DNA of 64,000 bases from Pelomyxa schiedti (taxonomy: Eukaryota; Protista; Evosea), in assembly GCA_020536535.1 (NCBI GenBank), contig JAHLWZ010000821.1, positions 1 to 64,000 on the forward strand. The letters run 5' to 3'. This document shows, piece after piece, positions 24,904 to 37,500 of this stretch. The position numbers and the translations under genes were made by a program. Each line of letters starts with the position of its first letter. The stretch's first letter is position 1. The notes beneath the pieces were generated by a model. It ran no database searches and was not told the DNA's origin. It saw only the letters and a list, made by a program, of their open reading frames with translations.

Positions 24904-24953
24904 TGGCAGGGTGGTGCCCCCAATCAACTTGGTTCGAGTCCCTCCTGGGGGTG
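24904..24953 (+). other. tRNA-like remnant / Pol III A-box and B-box-like element
   Basis: TGGCAGGGTGG (A-box-like, 24904-24914), exact B-box GGTTCGAGTCC (24931-24941), GCCCCCA/TGGGGGT stem; no D or anticodon arm. Confidence 0.3.
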
Positions 24954-25193
24954 TTGAACCTCATTTCCACTCAGAAGATGTCTGGGTCGTTTGGTGGGGA
25001 CCATCAGTTTCTTCCCTGAAAGATGTGATTGTCTTTTAGTCGGTGGTTGTATCTGGTGCGCCAGATTGTGTTTGTGTGTATTGTATTTTCCCCCATTCCG
25101 TCTGCTCCCCTGAGGACGATCGAGCCTCCTGGTGGTCTGAAGACTCCAGACTAGCTTCACGTAAAAACCGTAAACGATCGTTTTGCAGCGAAG

Positions 25194-28157
25194 ATGTTGG
25201 TCACTCGGCTCGTGTGCAATGGCAGCGGAACGCACATGGCGGCCGGCTGCAACGACGGCAGCGTGAGATTATGGGACCTCGGGCGGCCCGCGGACGCCCC
25301 GCGAGTCGCGGAGCGTGCGCACAACGGCCCGGTGCAGGCCGCGGACTGGCTCCCCGACGGCCGCCTGGTCACTGGGGGCCGCGACGGCGCCCTGTGCCTG
25401 TGGCCCGCCGCCGCCCCTCCGTCGTCGCAGCCTCCGCTGGGATCGGCGTCCAGTAGCAGCAGTAGCAGTTGTAGTAGTAGTTGTAGCGGCCAGTCTCAGT
25501 CTCAGTCTTGGTCTGGGACTGGGTGTGAGACTGTGCTGAGGGCTCACAGTAGCGTGGCGAGCGTGTGCGGTTTGGATGCGGGGATTGGGGGGTGCTGGGC
25601 GTTTGCTACCGGAGGGGGCGGGGACAGGAAGGTGAAGTTATGGGATGTGGGCCGGATGGTCAGCGAGACCGTCGACGGAAAGCAGTGGCACCACCGCGAC
25701 GACGTGAAGTGCGTCGCCAGGATGCCATTGTGGGATAGCTCCCCGAGCTTTACTCGGATGCTTGCATCAGGCGGAGGTAGTGTCGACGCCACCGTGAAAT
25801 TATGGGATGTGCCGGGCAGACTGCTTGCCCAGACCCTTCAGGCCGGAAGCGGAGTTCTCAGCATTGTGGGAATGAGAAGTTGCGAGTGTCTCATTGCAGC
25901 CGGAACCAGAAAGGCTGTGAGGGTATGGGATTTGAGGAATCCTGCCCGGCCCATTTGGGACCTTGAGGGACATACCGGCCCAGTTTCATGCTTGGCGGTT
26001 ATGCCAGATGGAAGGAGATTGGTATCTGGGAGTTCAGAATCCATCAGGGTTTGGGATTTGACGACCGGTACACTATGTCAATCTTCTTCTGGCATAACTG
26101 GCTCTTGGCTGCTTGCGAATGAAGCTCTGGCTGCTATGACCGTCTTGCCATGTGGCCGGCTTGCTTCAGTGCATCCGACTGGGCTCAGAGTATGGGATTC
26201 AAACTTCATGACTTATTGTGACATTACCAGGGCGGAGAATTTGGCGGCTCCTGGGGTTACTGGCACCCCATCATCTGTTATTTCTGTTTCAGTGAACAGA
26301 GCTACTCCAACAACCGGGACAAGGTCCAGTAGCATCAGAAATAATTCCGCATCACCAAGTCCCACAACGCCTTACAGAACAATTTCAGGCCGTTCTCCAC
26401 CCCCACCGCGGAGCAGTAACACCACTCCATCTGCTACTACTATACCTAGAACCAGGTATCAGGTGTCTCGTGAAGCTATGGCAAGACCTGAGTGGATGAC
26501 ACACGAACAATTTGATACTATAACACGGGTCGTTTACGACTTAAGGGAGGAACTTCCTGCAATTTCAATCCAGGAAATGTTTGATGTATCATGTGATATT
26601 GCCCTACAGGATTGTTTACCAACTCTCAGGGATATATTAAAACGATTGTATGGCTCCGAGGGTACAAACTCACCAAGTACACCAAATACACCACCTACGC
26701 ACGATATATCAAGTACACCCGCTCCGAGTACACAAAATACACCCTCAAGTACACCTACTGCACCAACTACATCAAATACACCAAGTCCAGACAGAAATAT
26801 GGAAAGTACCCCAACCACTCATACAAGCCTTTCACAAGGCAGAACAACAGATTCCCCATCAACGGAATCTACAGAGTTGGCAAACAGAGGGACGGCTTCT
26901 GCTACATCTAGACCCCGGAAGGCAACGGAATTTCTCCATAATATGCGATTTCCGGGATTACCTGTACTTGGAGGAAGGATTGACGTTGGAAGGCCCGCGT
27001 CTGAAATTGCCAAGTCAATACAATTGTCCCTTCTCGGTGCTGTGGCAGAGCTTCCGTTAAGTGGCCGAATTCCACTGACACCGTCTCCCACAGCCGTGAC
27101 TGTAAAACCTAATATTCCTATGGATAGTCTCCTTGATACTATATCGCACATCAACCCATCCAAGCTTCGCACTCCGCTTATGATTGTTGACCAAAGCCAA
27201 GGCCTGGACTACGGAGGGATGCTAAAAAGTTATATGTCCTCTGCTGCGGACCACATAAATAAATGCTGCAGTGATGTTGGATTCCAGTTCCTCGTTATGC
27301 AGCCCAATTCCACTGTATGTTCTTTTCCTGTTGAAGCCATGTTCGACATTCCCAGTACGGCCAGCTTCATGAGGGTTCTGGGGAGAATGCTAGCAATAGC
27401 ACTCCTTCATGATGTATGCTTCCCAGTGCGACTTTCTCTCGTCATATTCAAGATATTGCTCGGAAAAGAACTCGAATTTGAGGACCTTCGGGACATGTGT
27501 CCCGATATTTATGACGGTCTGTGCTCTATTGCCAATCACGTCGACAATGGGTTTGATCCCGAGGAGGCAATGCTATCTGGATACCAGATTTTCATGGAAG
27601 AGCACCGGGTTGAGTTTGTTGAAGGGGGTGCTGATGTAACCATGAAAACACTCAACCAGTACTTCGAGAACCGGTGTGCCCTCTATCTCGGCTGCAAGCT
27701 TCCGCTTCACGAACTCGCAAAAGGATTCGATGAAGTGGTTCCCAGAAGCCTAATCACACCGCTGTCACCGGCCAGCCTGAGCCTACTTTGCTCCGGCCCG
27801 GTTATATTCAACGTGGATGAACTGGTCGACAGCATCAAGTACGAGGGATTCCTCGGCCGGGACAAGGAGATATGCGGGTGGGTGAAGGAAATTCTCCAAT
27901 CCTTTGACGAGGCCACTGTGCGGCTGTTCCTGTGCTTCTGTACAGGAAGCACAGTTCCGCCGCCGGGAGGATTCTCACAACTCAGGCCGAAACTGGCCAT
28001 TCTGTTGCAGCGATCAATGAATACTGCTGCACTTCCACAAGCACACACGTGCTTCCATCAGGTGGAAATGCCTCGTTACCCTTCCAAGGGGGTGCTGTCT
28101 AACAAACTGTGCATGGCTATTCGGGAAGTATCTCTAAACGAGTTTGGGTTCCGTTGA
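25194..28157 (+). CDS. WD40-repeat + HECT E3 ubiquitin ligase, single exon
   Basis: 987-aa uninterrupted ORF; about seven WD40 repeats (VRLWD, VKLWD x2, VRVWD, IRVWD, LRVWD); HECT GLDYGG..FLCFCTGS..LPQAHTCFHQVEMPRY..FGF. Confidence 0.93.
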   Translation: MLVTRLVCNGSGTHMAAGCNDGSVRLWDLGRPADAPRVAERAHNGPVQAADWLPDGRLVTGGRDGALCLWPAAAPPSSQPPLGSASSSSSSSCSSSCSGQSQSQSWSGTGCETVLRAHSSVASVCGLDAGIGGCWAFATGGGGDRKVKLWDVGRMVSETVDGKQWHHRDDVKCVARMPLWDSSPSFTRMLASGGGSVDATVKLWDVPGRLLAQTLQAGSGVLSIVGMRSCECLIAAGTRKAVRVWDLRNPARPIWDLEGHTGPVSCLAVMPDGRRLVSGSSESIRVWDLTTGTLCQSSSGITGSWLLANEALAAMTVLPCGRLASVHPTGLRVWDSNFMTYCDITRAENLAAPGVTGTPSSVISVSVNRATPTTGTRSSSIRNNSASPSPTTPYRTISGRSPPPPRSSNTTPSATTIPRTRYQVSREAMARPEWMTHEQFDTITRVVYDLREELPAISIQEMFDVSCDIALQDCLPTLRDILKRLYGSEGTNSPSTPNTPPTHDISSTPAPSTQNTPSSTPTAPTTSNTPSPDRNMESTPTTHTSLSQGRTTDSPSTESTELANRGTASATSRPRKATEFLHNMRFPGLPVLGGRIDVGRPASEIAKSIQLSLLGAVAELPLSGRIPLTPSPTAVTVKPNIPMDSLLDTISHINPSKLRTPLMIVDQSQGLDYGGMLKSYMSSAADHINKCCSDVGFQFLVMQPNSTVCSFPVEAMFDIPSTASFMRVLGRMLAIALLHDVCFPVRLSLVIFKILLGKELEFEDLRDMCPDIYDGLCSIANHVDNGFDPEEAMLSGYQIFMEEHRVEFVEGGADVTMKTLNQYFENRCALYLGCKLPLHELAKGFDEVVPRSLITPLSPASLSLLCSGPVIFNVDELVDSIKYEGFLGRDKEICGWVKEILQSFDEATVRLFLCFCTGSTVPPPGGFSQLRPKLAILLQRSMNTAALPQAHTCFHQVEMPRYPSKGVLSNKLCMAIREVSLNEFGFR
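26670..26790 (+). repeat. Imperfect coding tandem repeat (AAGTACACC/AAATACACC) giving an STP/NTP linker
   Basis: Repeated caagtacacc/aaatacacc units inside the HECT gene linker. Confidence 0.6.
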
Positions 28158-28259
28158 TGGATCAAAGATACATTTGGCATCAGCAGTTTTTCCCTGTTTT
28201 TATTGTATTGGTGTATTTCTCACTCACGCTGCTTTTACTTTGACTTGCTTTCTTTTTTT

Positions 28260-29324
28260 ATGCGGAGGGACGTTTACAGGGCCCTAGACAAACTTTCTGT
28301 ATCACAGACACTTCCATCAGTGTTCTGCGAAATCTTTTTCCCCGTGCAAGGGGAGGTACTTTTTGATTGTTGTGGGGGTGTTACAGTGTGCTAGAACAGT
28401 GCCAGTGACAGGGTCACAACCAAAAGGTGTGATTCCTTCCAGAGCACTGTGGGGCTCCATGAGAAAATAACGACCCAACCAAGCCAATCGATGCAACGAA
28501 GGCGTGCTGGCCAATCCATCCTGGTTATGGGCACAGTCAGCGTTTGTGGAAGGGAGGTACTCGAGGAGCAGCAGCAAATTTTCCGAACAAAGTACATGAT
28601 GGTGGACATACAGAAATACGCGAACAATAGTCAAACGCTTGGTCGTCTGCAGCAAGAACAACAGCAAAAGCAGAGCCGTTGTCAAAAGCTCTTGGGAATA
28701 CCTGACTGTGACAGATGCAAAGCTGTTGTGGCCAGTGCAGATGGCTTCACCCGGAATGTTGTTGGCGGCAAAGGCGCAGCCTCTCAGGTCACTCCTTTTA
28801 AATGAGACTTACCAACTCTTGCAGGAGAGACGAAATTGATGTTCCTCAATTTGGCACACTTTTTGCTTGGTGCAGCCAGCCCTCTTAGATAGGTTCGCAG
28901 ACCAAGCCAAAAGCCTGTCACATCAAACCGTTTCCATAAAGAGCAGATATACTGCACATGTGCTCCGAGCCTACATTGGTTCTGTGAATGAGTTTAATAA
29001 AGTGCAGGCGGGGATAACCAAGGATGTGAGGGAAGCTGTGAGGTTGTACAAGCTGTATGCCCAGAGGAACTGCTGAGACACTTCACCCCACAGTACTTCA
29101 GTCTTCCTACCCGAACTATGCCTCTCAAATTTTGGCGTCACCGGGTCATGTGTGCACTCAGACAGAACCCATGCAGCAAAATGGGGAAACAAAATACTAA
29201 CTACTTCTTGATGGATTGATGGCAGCGACGTTTCTGCTGCAAAAACCAATGTCGTATCACCCATTCCGGTGCCTCCCACGGCTACAGATTTTCCGAAATC
29301 AAAGAAAAAACCTGTTCCTTCTTA
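28260..29324 (+). pseudogene. Fragmentary gene or pseudogene, possibly CudA-like
   Basis: Protein-like segments (CQKLLGIPDCDRCKAVV; RYTAHVLRAYIGSVNEFNKVQ). The obvious splice 28788-28824 runs into TGA at 28837, and I could not build an intact model. Confidence 0.35.
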
Positions 29325-29412
29325 AAAAAAAAGAAAAGAAAAAAAAAACAAAGAGGAACAACACTTCGCGGACAAACAAAGACTAACAGGAAGGCGTTGC
29401 ACCACAACAACA

Positions 29413-31228
29413 ATGTTGAGCGCTATTTTTTTCATGAACTCCAAGGGGGATGTTCTGATCTCCCGAGTGTACAGAGACGACGTCAAGTGTGTGCCCTCGT
29501 ATTTACGTACTTCGCATTCGCTCGTTTTCAATACCGACCACTTTGGATCTCACTCCGTTGTTTTTTTTTCCCCCCTTTCTTCCTCGCAGTCGCGGAGTGG
29601 CACATGCGTTCCGGTCGTATATTTTGGACGCGAAGGAAATACGATGTCCAATTAAATCGATTGGAACGACTACGTTCTTACACATAAGAGTGGAAAATAT
29701 TTACGTGGTAGCTGTGACTACGCAGAATGTCAACTCTTGTGTGGTTTTTGAGGTATGAGTCTTTTTGTTGTTTGTATTATATCCTTGAAGTATATCTATA
29801 AGATTTCCTTCTTTGCATGTTCTTGACAACCTTTGCAGTTGCTCGGACAACTTGTACAACTGTTTGAGGCTTACTTCAACAAAGTTGATGAGGAATCTAT
29901 TCACAATAACTTTGTTCTCATTTACGAGCTCCTTGATGGTTATTCTACCTTTCACATATCATAAACTGATCGAGGCTTTAGAGATTTTGGATTTTGGGTA
30001 CCCTCAGTATTGTGATAAGGAGATTCTTCAAAGGTTGATCACACAGGGTCAGGCGAGGCCAGATAGGGTACCTCTTTCTCCTAGTTCAATTGTAAGCCCC
30101 TAAAACACACACTCAGGACACCCAAGCGAACTTGTCCAAGATCACTGTTATGGTTACGGGAGCAATTTCTTGGAGGTCACCTGATGTTAAGTACAAGCGA
30201 AATGAAATCTACATTGATGTTGTGGAGTCAGTAAATCTTCTAATGAGTGCTAAGGGTAAATACCCCCTTTTTTTCCATCAATCTTTTTAGTATTTAGGCA
30301 CACTACTGAGCGCTGATGTCTCTGGTCAGATTCTTCTTAAAGTTATGCTCTCTGGCATGCCTGAGTGCACCCTGGGCATGAATGATAGGGCTGGCGCACT
30401 TGCCAAGAAAGGGGCCACGACAGCAACGGCCACTACACCTGCTAGAAAGTACCTTGGCTACCCATTATTTTCGGAAACAATTGACATAAATACAGAGGAA
30501 GAACCCAGGGCATTGCAATTGATGACTTTTCATTCCACCACTGTGTCCGTTTGCACAAGTTTGATGCTGATCGAGTTATCTCTTTCGTTCCTCCTGATGG
30601 TGACTTTGAGCTCATGCGCTACCGCACTGCTGAGAACATTAACTTGCCATTCAAGATCATACACAATATTACTGAGATTGGTCACTCACGGCTTGATATC
30701 CGTATCTCCGTCAAGTCTACATTTGATGTAGAGATGTACGCCTCTGATGTTAAGGTTTCTTTTGTATTATCTCTTATCTACCTCACTGTTGCCTAGATCA
30801 GCATCCCGGTGCCAAAGACAACTGCCGTTTGCCGTATCAAAGCAGGTTCAGGTCGTGCCCGCTATATTCCTGAGTTCGACGCCATATTGTGGAAGTACGT
30901 TCCTCCCTCATATGGTTTGTGCTGAATTGTTATTCAAACAGAATCCGCCGATTCCCAGGAAATGTGGAGTACGCACTAGCTGCTGAAATTGACCTCATGC
31001 ACACAATGTCTGAGAAACGTGCTTGGTCAAGGCCACCCATTGCAATGGAATTCCAGGTAAACCGTGCGCATTACCGCATTCATTTTTTCTTATTCGAATA
31101 AGGTGCCAATGTTTGCTGCCTCCGGTCTCCAAATCCGCTTCCTCAAAGTCGTGGAAAAGACCCATTACGATGCCATCAAGTGGGTGCGCTATGTCACCAA
31201 AGCTGGTACCTACCAGTACCGTATATAA
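29413..31228 (+). CDS. AP2M1: AP-2 adaptor complex mu subunit, multi-exon
   Basis: MLSAIFFMNSKGDVLISRVYRDD, YELLD|EILDFGYPQ, SWRS..KYKRNEIYIDVVE, LSGMPECTLGMND, FVPPDGDFELMRYR, WSRPPIAMEFQ, KWVRYVTKAG. Confidence 0.95.
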
Positions 31229-31395
31229 CACCAGCCAAATTCACGCTTCACTCCAACAAACTCGAAAGGAACCAAACCAACAAAGCCCAAACTAAACAAC
31301 AATAACAGTTTGTTTTCCTTTCACTTCGTTACATTTGTTCTCTCTGTATTTGTGTTTTTGGAATGAAGTGGTGAACTTCCTCCAAGTGATAGTAT

Positions 31396-32182
31396 TTACA
31401 TTACAGAGCAGCGCCTCTTCCCAGAGGCCTTTGCCTTCTTCTTTCCCCTAACTGGCCTCCCAGCCAGTTCATCACACTCATCCACAGCCTTGACCATCAG
31501 CCTGAAGGCTTCTTCCACGTTGTAGTGAGCCTTGGCACTGGTCTCGATGTGCTTCCAGCCACTTGATACAGCGAATTCGGTGGCTTCCCTCTGAGTGACT
31601 TTTCTCTGGTCGACGAGGTCGGATTTGTTTCCAACCAGTACAACTGGTGCTGGTGTCTTGTCTAGTTCATCGCGGTCAAGTGTTCGGCACAGTTGCGTAC
31701 GGAATGTGGCGCATTCCTCGAAGCTTTGGTGTGATGTGATACTGTACACAATCAGGAATCCTTGTCCGCTACGCATATACTGTTCCCGCATAGCAGAATA
31801 GCTAAATACTTGGTAAGTAACATATAATGTGGCTATTAAGGACAAAACACTAGGGCAAGTGTTACGAATTTACACAATTTATTCCACAAAAAAAAGTTTA
31901 AAACGTGAAAACGTACTCTTCTTGACCAGCGGTATCGAGAATATCTAGGACTACGACTCTGCCGTCCTCAGTCTCGAATTGAGTGCGGTAGCTATCTTCG
32001 ATTGTGGGATCATACACTTCGATGCTGTGTAAAAGCAACAATAAGTGTCACGGTATACCGACAAGGGGAAGGGGAGTGTGGACCCACAAGTGTGATTTGC
32101 AGAGCATGCAGGTGAGTGAGCTTTTGCCGACAGCTCCACCGCCCATCACCACGAATTTGTATTCGATGTCAGAGGCAGACAT
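31396..32182 (-). CDS. Ras-family GTPase (three exons)
   Basis: [34 protein letters not shown]|[33 protein letters not shown]. Confidence 0.95.
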
Positions 32183-32549
32183 GGAAGTTACTTGGTAGTC
32201 GTTGTTTGGTTGTACTTTCGCTTGATTGTTGTCGCTTGTTGGTTTTTTCTTTTCTTTTTGCCATCGGTCCGGTCTTTAAATCGCGGCAACTTTTTGCAAG
32301 AAAATTTTTTCAAATAACGGTTCCTACGAGAAGAGTGATTGTCAACAAGTCCTTCCCATGATTACGTGACTTGGCTGTTATCAAGATTTCTGCACTGTAC
32401 TTCCCCCGTGTATCCCTGTACCGACCTTGTTTGATCGAGGCATCAAAAACAAAGAAAAAACCAAAAAAGAAACAGACAGTAGTGCCCTGCATGTGTATTA
32501 GGCACAACACAATGAGAAAAAAAGACCCTACAAGGAGGCTATCGCTGCC

Positions 32550-34093
32550 ATGCAAGCAGAGGAACAGCGCGTAGTGTTGTCGAATCCACCTTCTTCTACG
32601 TTGGGCAGTGGCACTGTAGAGATCTCAACCAATGAGGGAGATCTCGTTGAGATTCAATGTACTCTTCGTGTGGCTGAGGCATGTGACACACACACCGAAA
32701 GGGAGACCGATGCTCGCAGTGTGGAAATTCATGGTGCAACGAGTGCCCTCGAACCCGGCAAAAACAATTTTCATCAGTGGAGAGCTCGACTAGTATCATA
32801 CACTTTGCCGTGTTTGGTTTATGCATGCGCTTCTATGAGTACTACATTGCTTAATAAGGCATGTGTGTACGAAGTACAGCCACATGGAATGCTTAAAAAC
32901 TACCCCATATTCGTTCTCTTTGCTCAGGTGAGAAATTACCAAATAACAAGTCTTTTAATTTTTCTTAGCACAGTGTTACTGCTGCAATTGTGTGGTTAGT
33001 GTATGCTCTTGGGTTTTTACCCTTGCTATTTGATGGTGTCACTGCAGGAGTTGTTGCAAAATGGATTCCCCTTGACCTGTTGTTCGTTGGAATGTTGCTC
33101 ACTAATATGAACGCGTGAGCCTCATGCACTCTTTAGCAAAGCTCCCCTATCGTTTACCTCACATTCTTCAGGCTTCACTCTGTTTCAATACCTATGGTAA
33201 CGGTTTTCAAGTCATTCTCTACAGTCCTTACTGGTATTGGTGACTTTGCAATCTTTGGACAACCTCTATCCCTCGATATCGCTGGAAGTCTACTCGTTAT
33301 GGTACACGCCTTGTCTTTTTCCAATCTAAAAACTAATTATTAGGTTGCTTCATCTCTAATTGCAAGCTTCAATGATCTGGAATACAACAGCACGGGATAT
33401 TTCTGGATGATCTCAAATTGTGTGCTTACTAGCACTTATGCCGTACTTTCCCACAGTCATATATTTGTTTTTGTGGCCTTATCTAACGTGAGCCACTTCC
33501 GCTATAGCTATACATGCGAATGGCGTTGAAAGCAAAAGTTTCTGACTTCACTGCCGTATTCTTGAACAATTTGATTGCCTTGCCTTTCCTGCTCCCGTTC
33601 ATGGTACTTTCTGGTTCTTTGAGCTCCTGGATAAGCAGGTGACTTGGTGGGCAAGGTGCGCAATATACGGCGGATTGACCTCACTTTCAGCACAATCTCT
33701 TCCAGTCTATGGTTTCAATTTGCATTTGGTCTGAGTTGCCTTTCCGGCTTTGCTGTATGCTGTGGGACTTTCTGGTGTGTCCGAAGTACCTCCCCAACAA
33801 CCTACAGGTAAGAAGCTTCATAGTTACATTCTTTCCTTCTTACCCGTTACAGTGTTGTTGGCTCCCTTAACAAGATACCTCTGTCATTCATCGGCTGGTT
33901 TATATTTGGCGCCTCCATGACCACACTGGGCCTAGTGAGTGTGTGTGTTGGATTAGTTGGCGGAGTCTGGTATTCCATATCCAAGTTCCGGCAGGACAGA
34001 ACACCACTGCCGCAACCACAACAAGTAAGCCGGACTCCCAGAACTTCTACTAAACCAACCAACACACACCAAGTTCGCCCACACGACGTATAA
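32550..34093 (+). CDS. Golgi nucleotide-sugar transporter (GDP-mannose transporter Vrg4/SLC35D-like)
   Basis: MSTTLLNK, SIPMVTVFKS, GYFWMISNC, FLNNLI, TSPTTY|SVVGSLNKIP (GALNK-type motif); about 10 TMs. Confidence 0.85.
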
Positions 34094-34574
34094 TGCAAGT
34101 TTGTAGCCTTTCCGCAGACGAAACGAGACCCCGAGTTTGTTTCCTGTAACGCCTTGAACGATCGGCCAATCAGGCCGCCTACTTACCCCTAATGGAGAAA
34201 ACGAGCAGATTTCGTGGTTGATCTTTTTTTCAGTTTCTCTTCTCTCCAAGCCAATCGGTAATTTCATTAGAAAATAACCCCCCACCAACTCCACACGAGA
34301 CCTTTGCTCGTGATCCTCTTCCTCCTGAGACTGATAGCGTCGTGCAAGAGTAGCCACATAAAGTCCCAACGGTCAACAACAAAAACGATCGAGAATTCCG
34401 AAGACCGAGCTGTCTACGCAAATTGACCAACGGACGGACGACGAGGACGACGCGTCGCTCTTAGCCGACTACGCGTCGGTGCTTTGTGCGAAGCCCGCGA
34501 GTTTGCGCACGCTACCAATTGTTTCGCCCGGTGGGGAAGTGTCCCCCAGCACAAACACGCCCCCGTCGCCGATT

Positions 34575-37500
34575 ATGGGACGGCAGTCACCTACTCAGCA
34601 ACACCAGCACAAGCACCGCGGCCAAGTGCTCTCACGATCCCCGCGCACGAGACCCACAATCGGGTCCTGGTCGCCAGAGACCACGCCTTTAAAAGAAGCC
34701 AGAGTACAAGGTACCCCGCAAGTCCCAGTTTCGAACCCCCCGGCGGCCGAAACGTCGCCAAAGTCAAATTGTAACACTAACAATGGTGGATTCCGAAGGG
34801 TCACAGCGGCTCCTGATGTCCCTGCCAAGGGACCTCCGTTGGTGCCACTGTTGTGTTCCTTGGTTATTCCCCATCCCATAAATCCACCACCGCCACCTCC
34901 ACAGTTATCTCCTCATGCATCAATACCATCCAATCCCACAATACTATCACCACCATCATCAACAGCACAGAAGCAGGAGAACCCTCTGTCACCTAGTTTT
35001 GTAAGGGGACCTTCTCTGCTCTCGCAGCAGCTGCAGCAAGAACAATATGACACATCAGTGCACTCAAAACAACAGGACACACATTCTCACTATGGAATTG
35101 GAATTGGAATGGGAATGGGAATGGCACAGTGTTCTGACACGTCTTCCGTTGTGAGTCACCCACCTAGGACTTCATCTCCAGTTAACATGCAACCGAACAG
35201 ACTGGCTCCACCCTCAGTCACAAATGCTCTGGACAATAGTCCCAAATGCCCGCGATTTGTATCTGGTTCCTCTACCCCACTTGCTTCGTCACTTCCATTG
35301 TCAGACCACACGATTAAACAGATTCTCCCAGGCCTGACTTGCACCCCTTCCAAGCTGAGTACATCTTTTCGCAATGGCTCTCCTCTGGACTCGTTTGTCA
35401 AAGCAGTCCAACCACACGTGAAAGTTCCGTCACTTACTCCCCCTCCTTCTGAGGCTGAGGACCTTCTACCTGCCCCAACCCCCATTACCCCATCCAGATC
35501 TGCGCCCAATCTTCAAACTCTGGTGGTTTCTGCACTAGAATTGCTGCCTCCTGCACAAGACCAGATACTAACCCCAAAAAGACCAGTACTGCGACGCCTC
35601 TCTTCTACCTCCCGTCTTTCCTCCCTGGTTGGCCTTGTACCTCCTCCTACCCCTTCACAACCTTCAAACACCACCCCACTTCCACCTTCTTCAACTGTTC
35701 CCATACATCACGCTAGAGCATTGTCGGCTTCTGCTTCTGCAGACCCATCCACTCCCGAGCGATCCCCCTGCCAAACTGGAGTGTTATCTGGAAATACTCC
35801 TCTGGTTAATCCTGCATCACCACCTATCGCAATTCCAATCACCCGTAGTACCTCTTCTTCATCTCTTTCCTCTTCTTCCTCTTTCCCTTCAACTGATACC
35901 TCCTCTGAATCTTCTGATACTTGCACTTGCCCCAATCCCTGTTCAGGACCTCCTGCCTGTTTATGCAGTTGCCATTGCTCCAAGTCTGTGCTCTCTAGCC
36001 AACGAGATAGAAGATATACGCGGTCACCTTCAGTTAGTGATATTTTTTGTTCCAAAAGTAGTTCTTCTGGCAAGGTTGAGAGCGAAAGTGGAAGCGATAG
36101 TGGCTCTAAAACTGATCCCAGCAGTGAAACTGCAAGTGACCAAGAACAAAAACCAGAAAGCAACAGTTCAACCCCACGACAAGAGCCTTCAAGTGAAACC
36201 ACTTCCAAAAGATCAACCCTTACCACCCTGATTGGGAAAATTGTACCCTTCCATCCAAATTTTTTTCAAACTAACATGTATAGTCTATTGGGGAAACTAT
36301 TGGTCGCGGAGCCACAGCCGTTGTATTTAAGGGGCTTGTTGAAAGTGGAGACCGTTGTGGTGAAGTTGTTGCTCTCAAGAGATTAGATGCAAATGTCATG
36401 TCGAAAGATTTTTCTAATTCTATCAAAGTATCTTCCAATCAGTTTTTGTATTGATACACAAATGTCATTATTCTCTAGGCAGAAATAAGCTTATTGCAGA
36501 AACTCCAACACCCCCACATTGTGAGTGTTCTAGGCCAATATGAAATGAACTCCCAATTATTTATTATTCTTGAGTATGCCATTAAAGTACTTGAACCTGA
36601 GCATTAAACATTAAAGATATGCCGAAAATGGTTCACTTGCCAATCTTACCCGGGAATTCGGTTCCCTTCCTGAGCCACTGGTTGTTTTGTATACAAGACA
36701 AGTAAACTATACACACTATGTAAGCGTTGAAATCTTTATATAGGTTTTAAATGCTGTAGAATACCTTCACAAAGAAAATGTCATTCACAGGTAAATTTTC
36801 TTGGTTGTAAAGTTGTTCACCCAAAAAAAAAAGAGATTTGAAAGCTGGTTTGAATGTCTTTGTTTCCAAAATACATTTTGATGTTTGTTGTAGGCAATGT
36901 TTTATTGTCCAGATCTGGAGGAGTCAAGCTTGCTGGTATAAACTATCCTCTCTAACTTTTTCTTACCTAAGTGCAATTAAGATTTCGGGGTTGCAGCAGT
37001 AATCAAGGAAAATATCAAGCACTATAGTGTTGTGGGGTCGCCGTATTGGAGTATGTGTTTACAGTATACATTACCTTCTCATTCTTGCAAATCCCAGTGA
37101 GCCCCGAGATCATACAAAGAGAAGGACACTGTGCTGCCTCAGATATTTGGTATGCAAAGACCTTGAGGAGTAACTTCATAATCTCTTCGTAAAGGAGTCT
37201 GGGATGCACTGTGATTGAGTTACTAACAGGCTCACCTCCATTCTATGGGTTTGCAGTGTCCTTCTAACCGTCCCTCCACCTACACTCTTGCCCAATGTCT
37301 AAACCTTGACAGATCACCCCCAATGACTGCCATGTATAAGATTGTTCAAGAAGAAATTCCTCTTCCAACAGACATTTCAGCGGTCCTATCCTTCTTTTGG
37401 TAATTTTTGTTACTAACCCGCTGCAGGAAATGCAAGACTTCCTCAAAAAGTGTTTTATTAAAACTCCAGAAGATAGGCCATCTGCCTCCATTCTTTTGCA

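Noticed and set aside
28825-29324. Three in-frame TGAs suggesting selenocysteine or stop-codon reassignment
   Set aside because: One TGA falls in a plausible 51-nt intron (29043-29093), no SECIS or redox motif is evident, and TGA terminates conserved genes elsewhere in the window (myotrophin, HECT, Ras)
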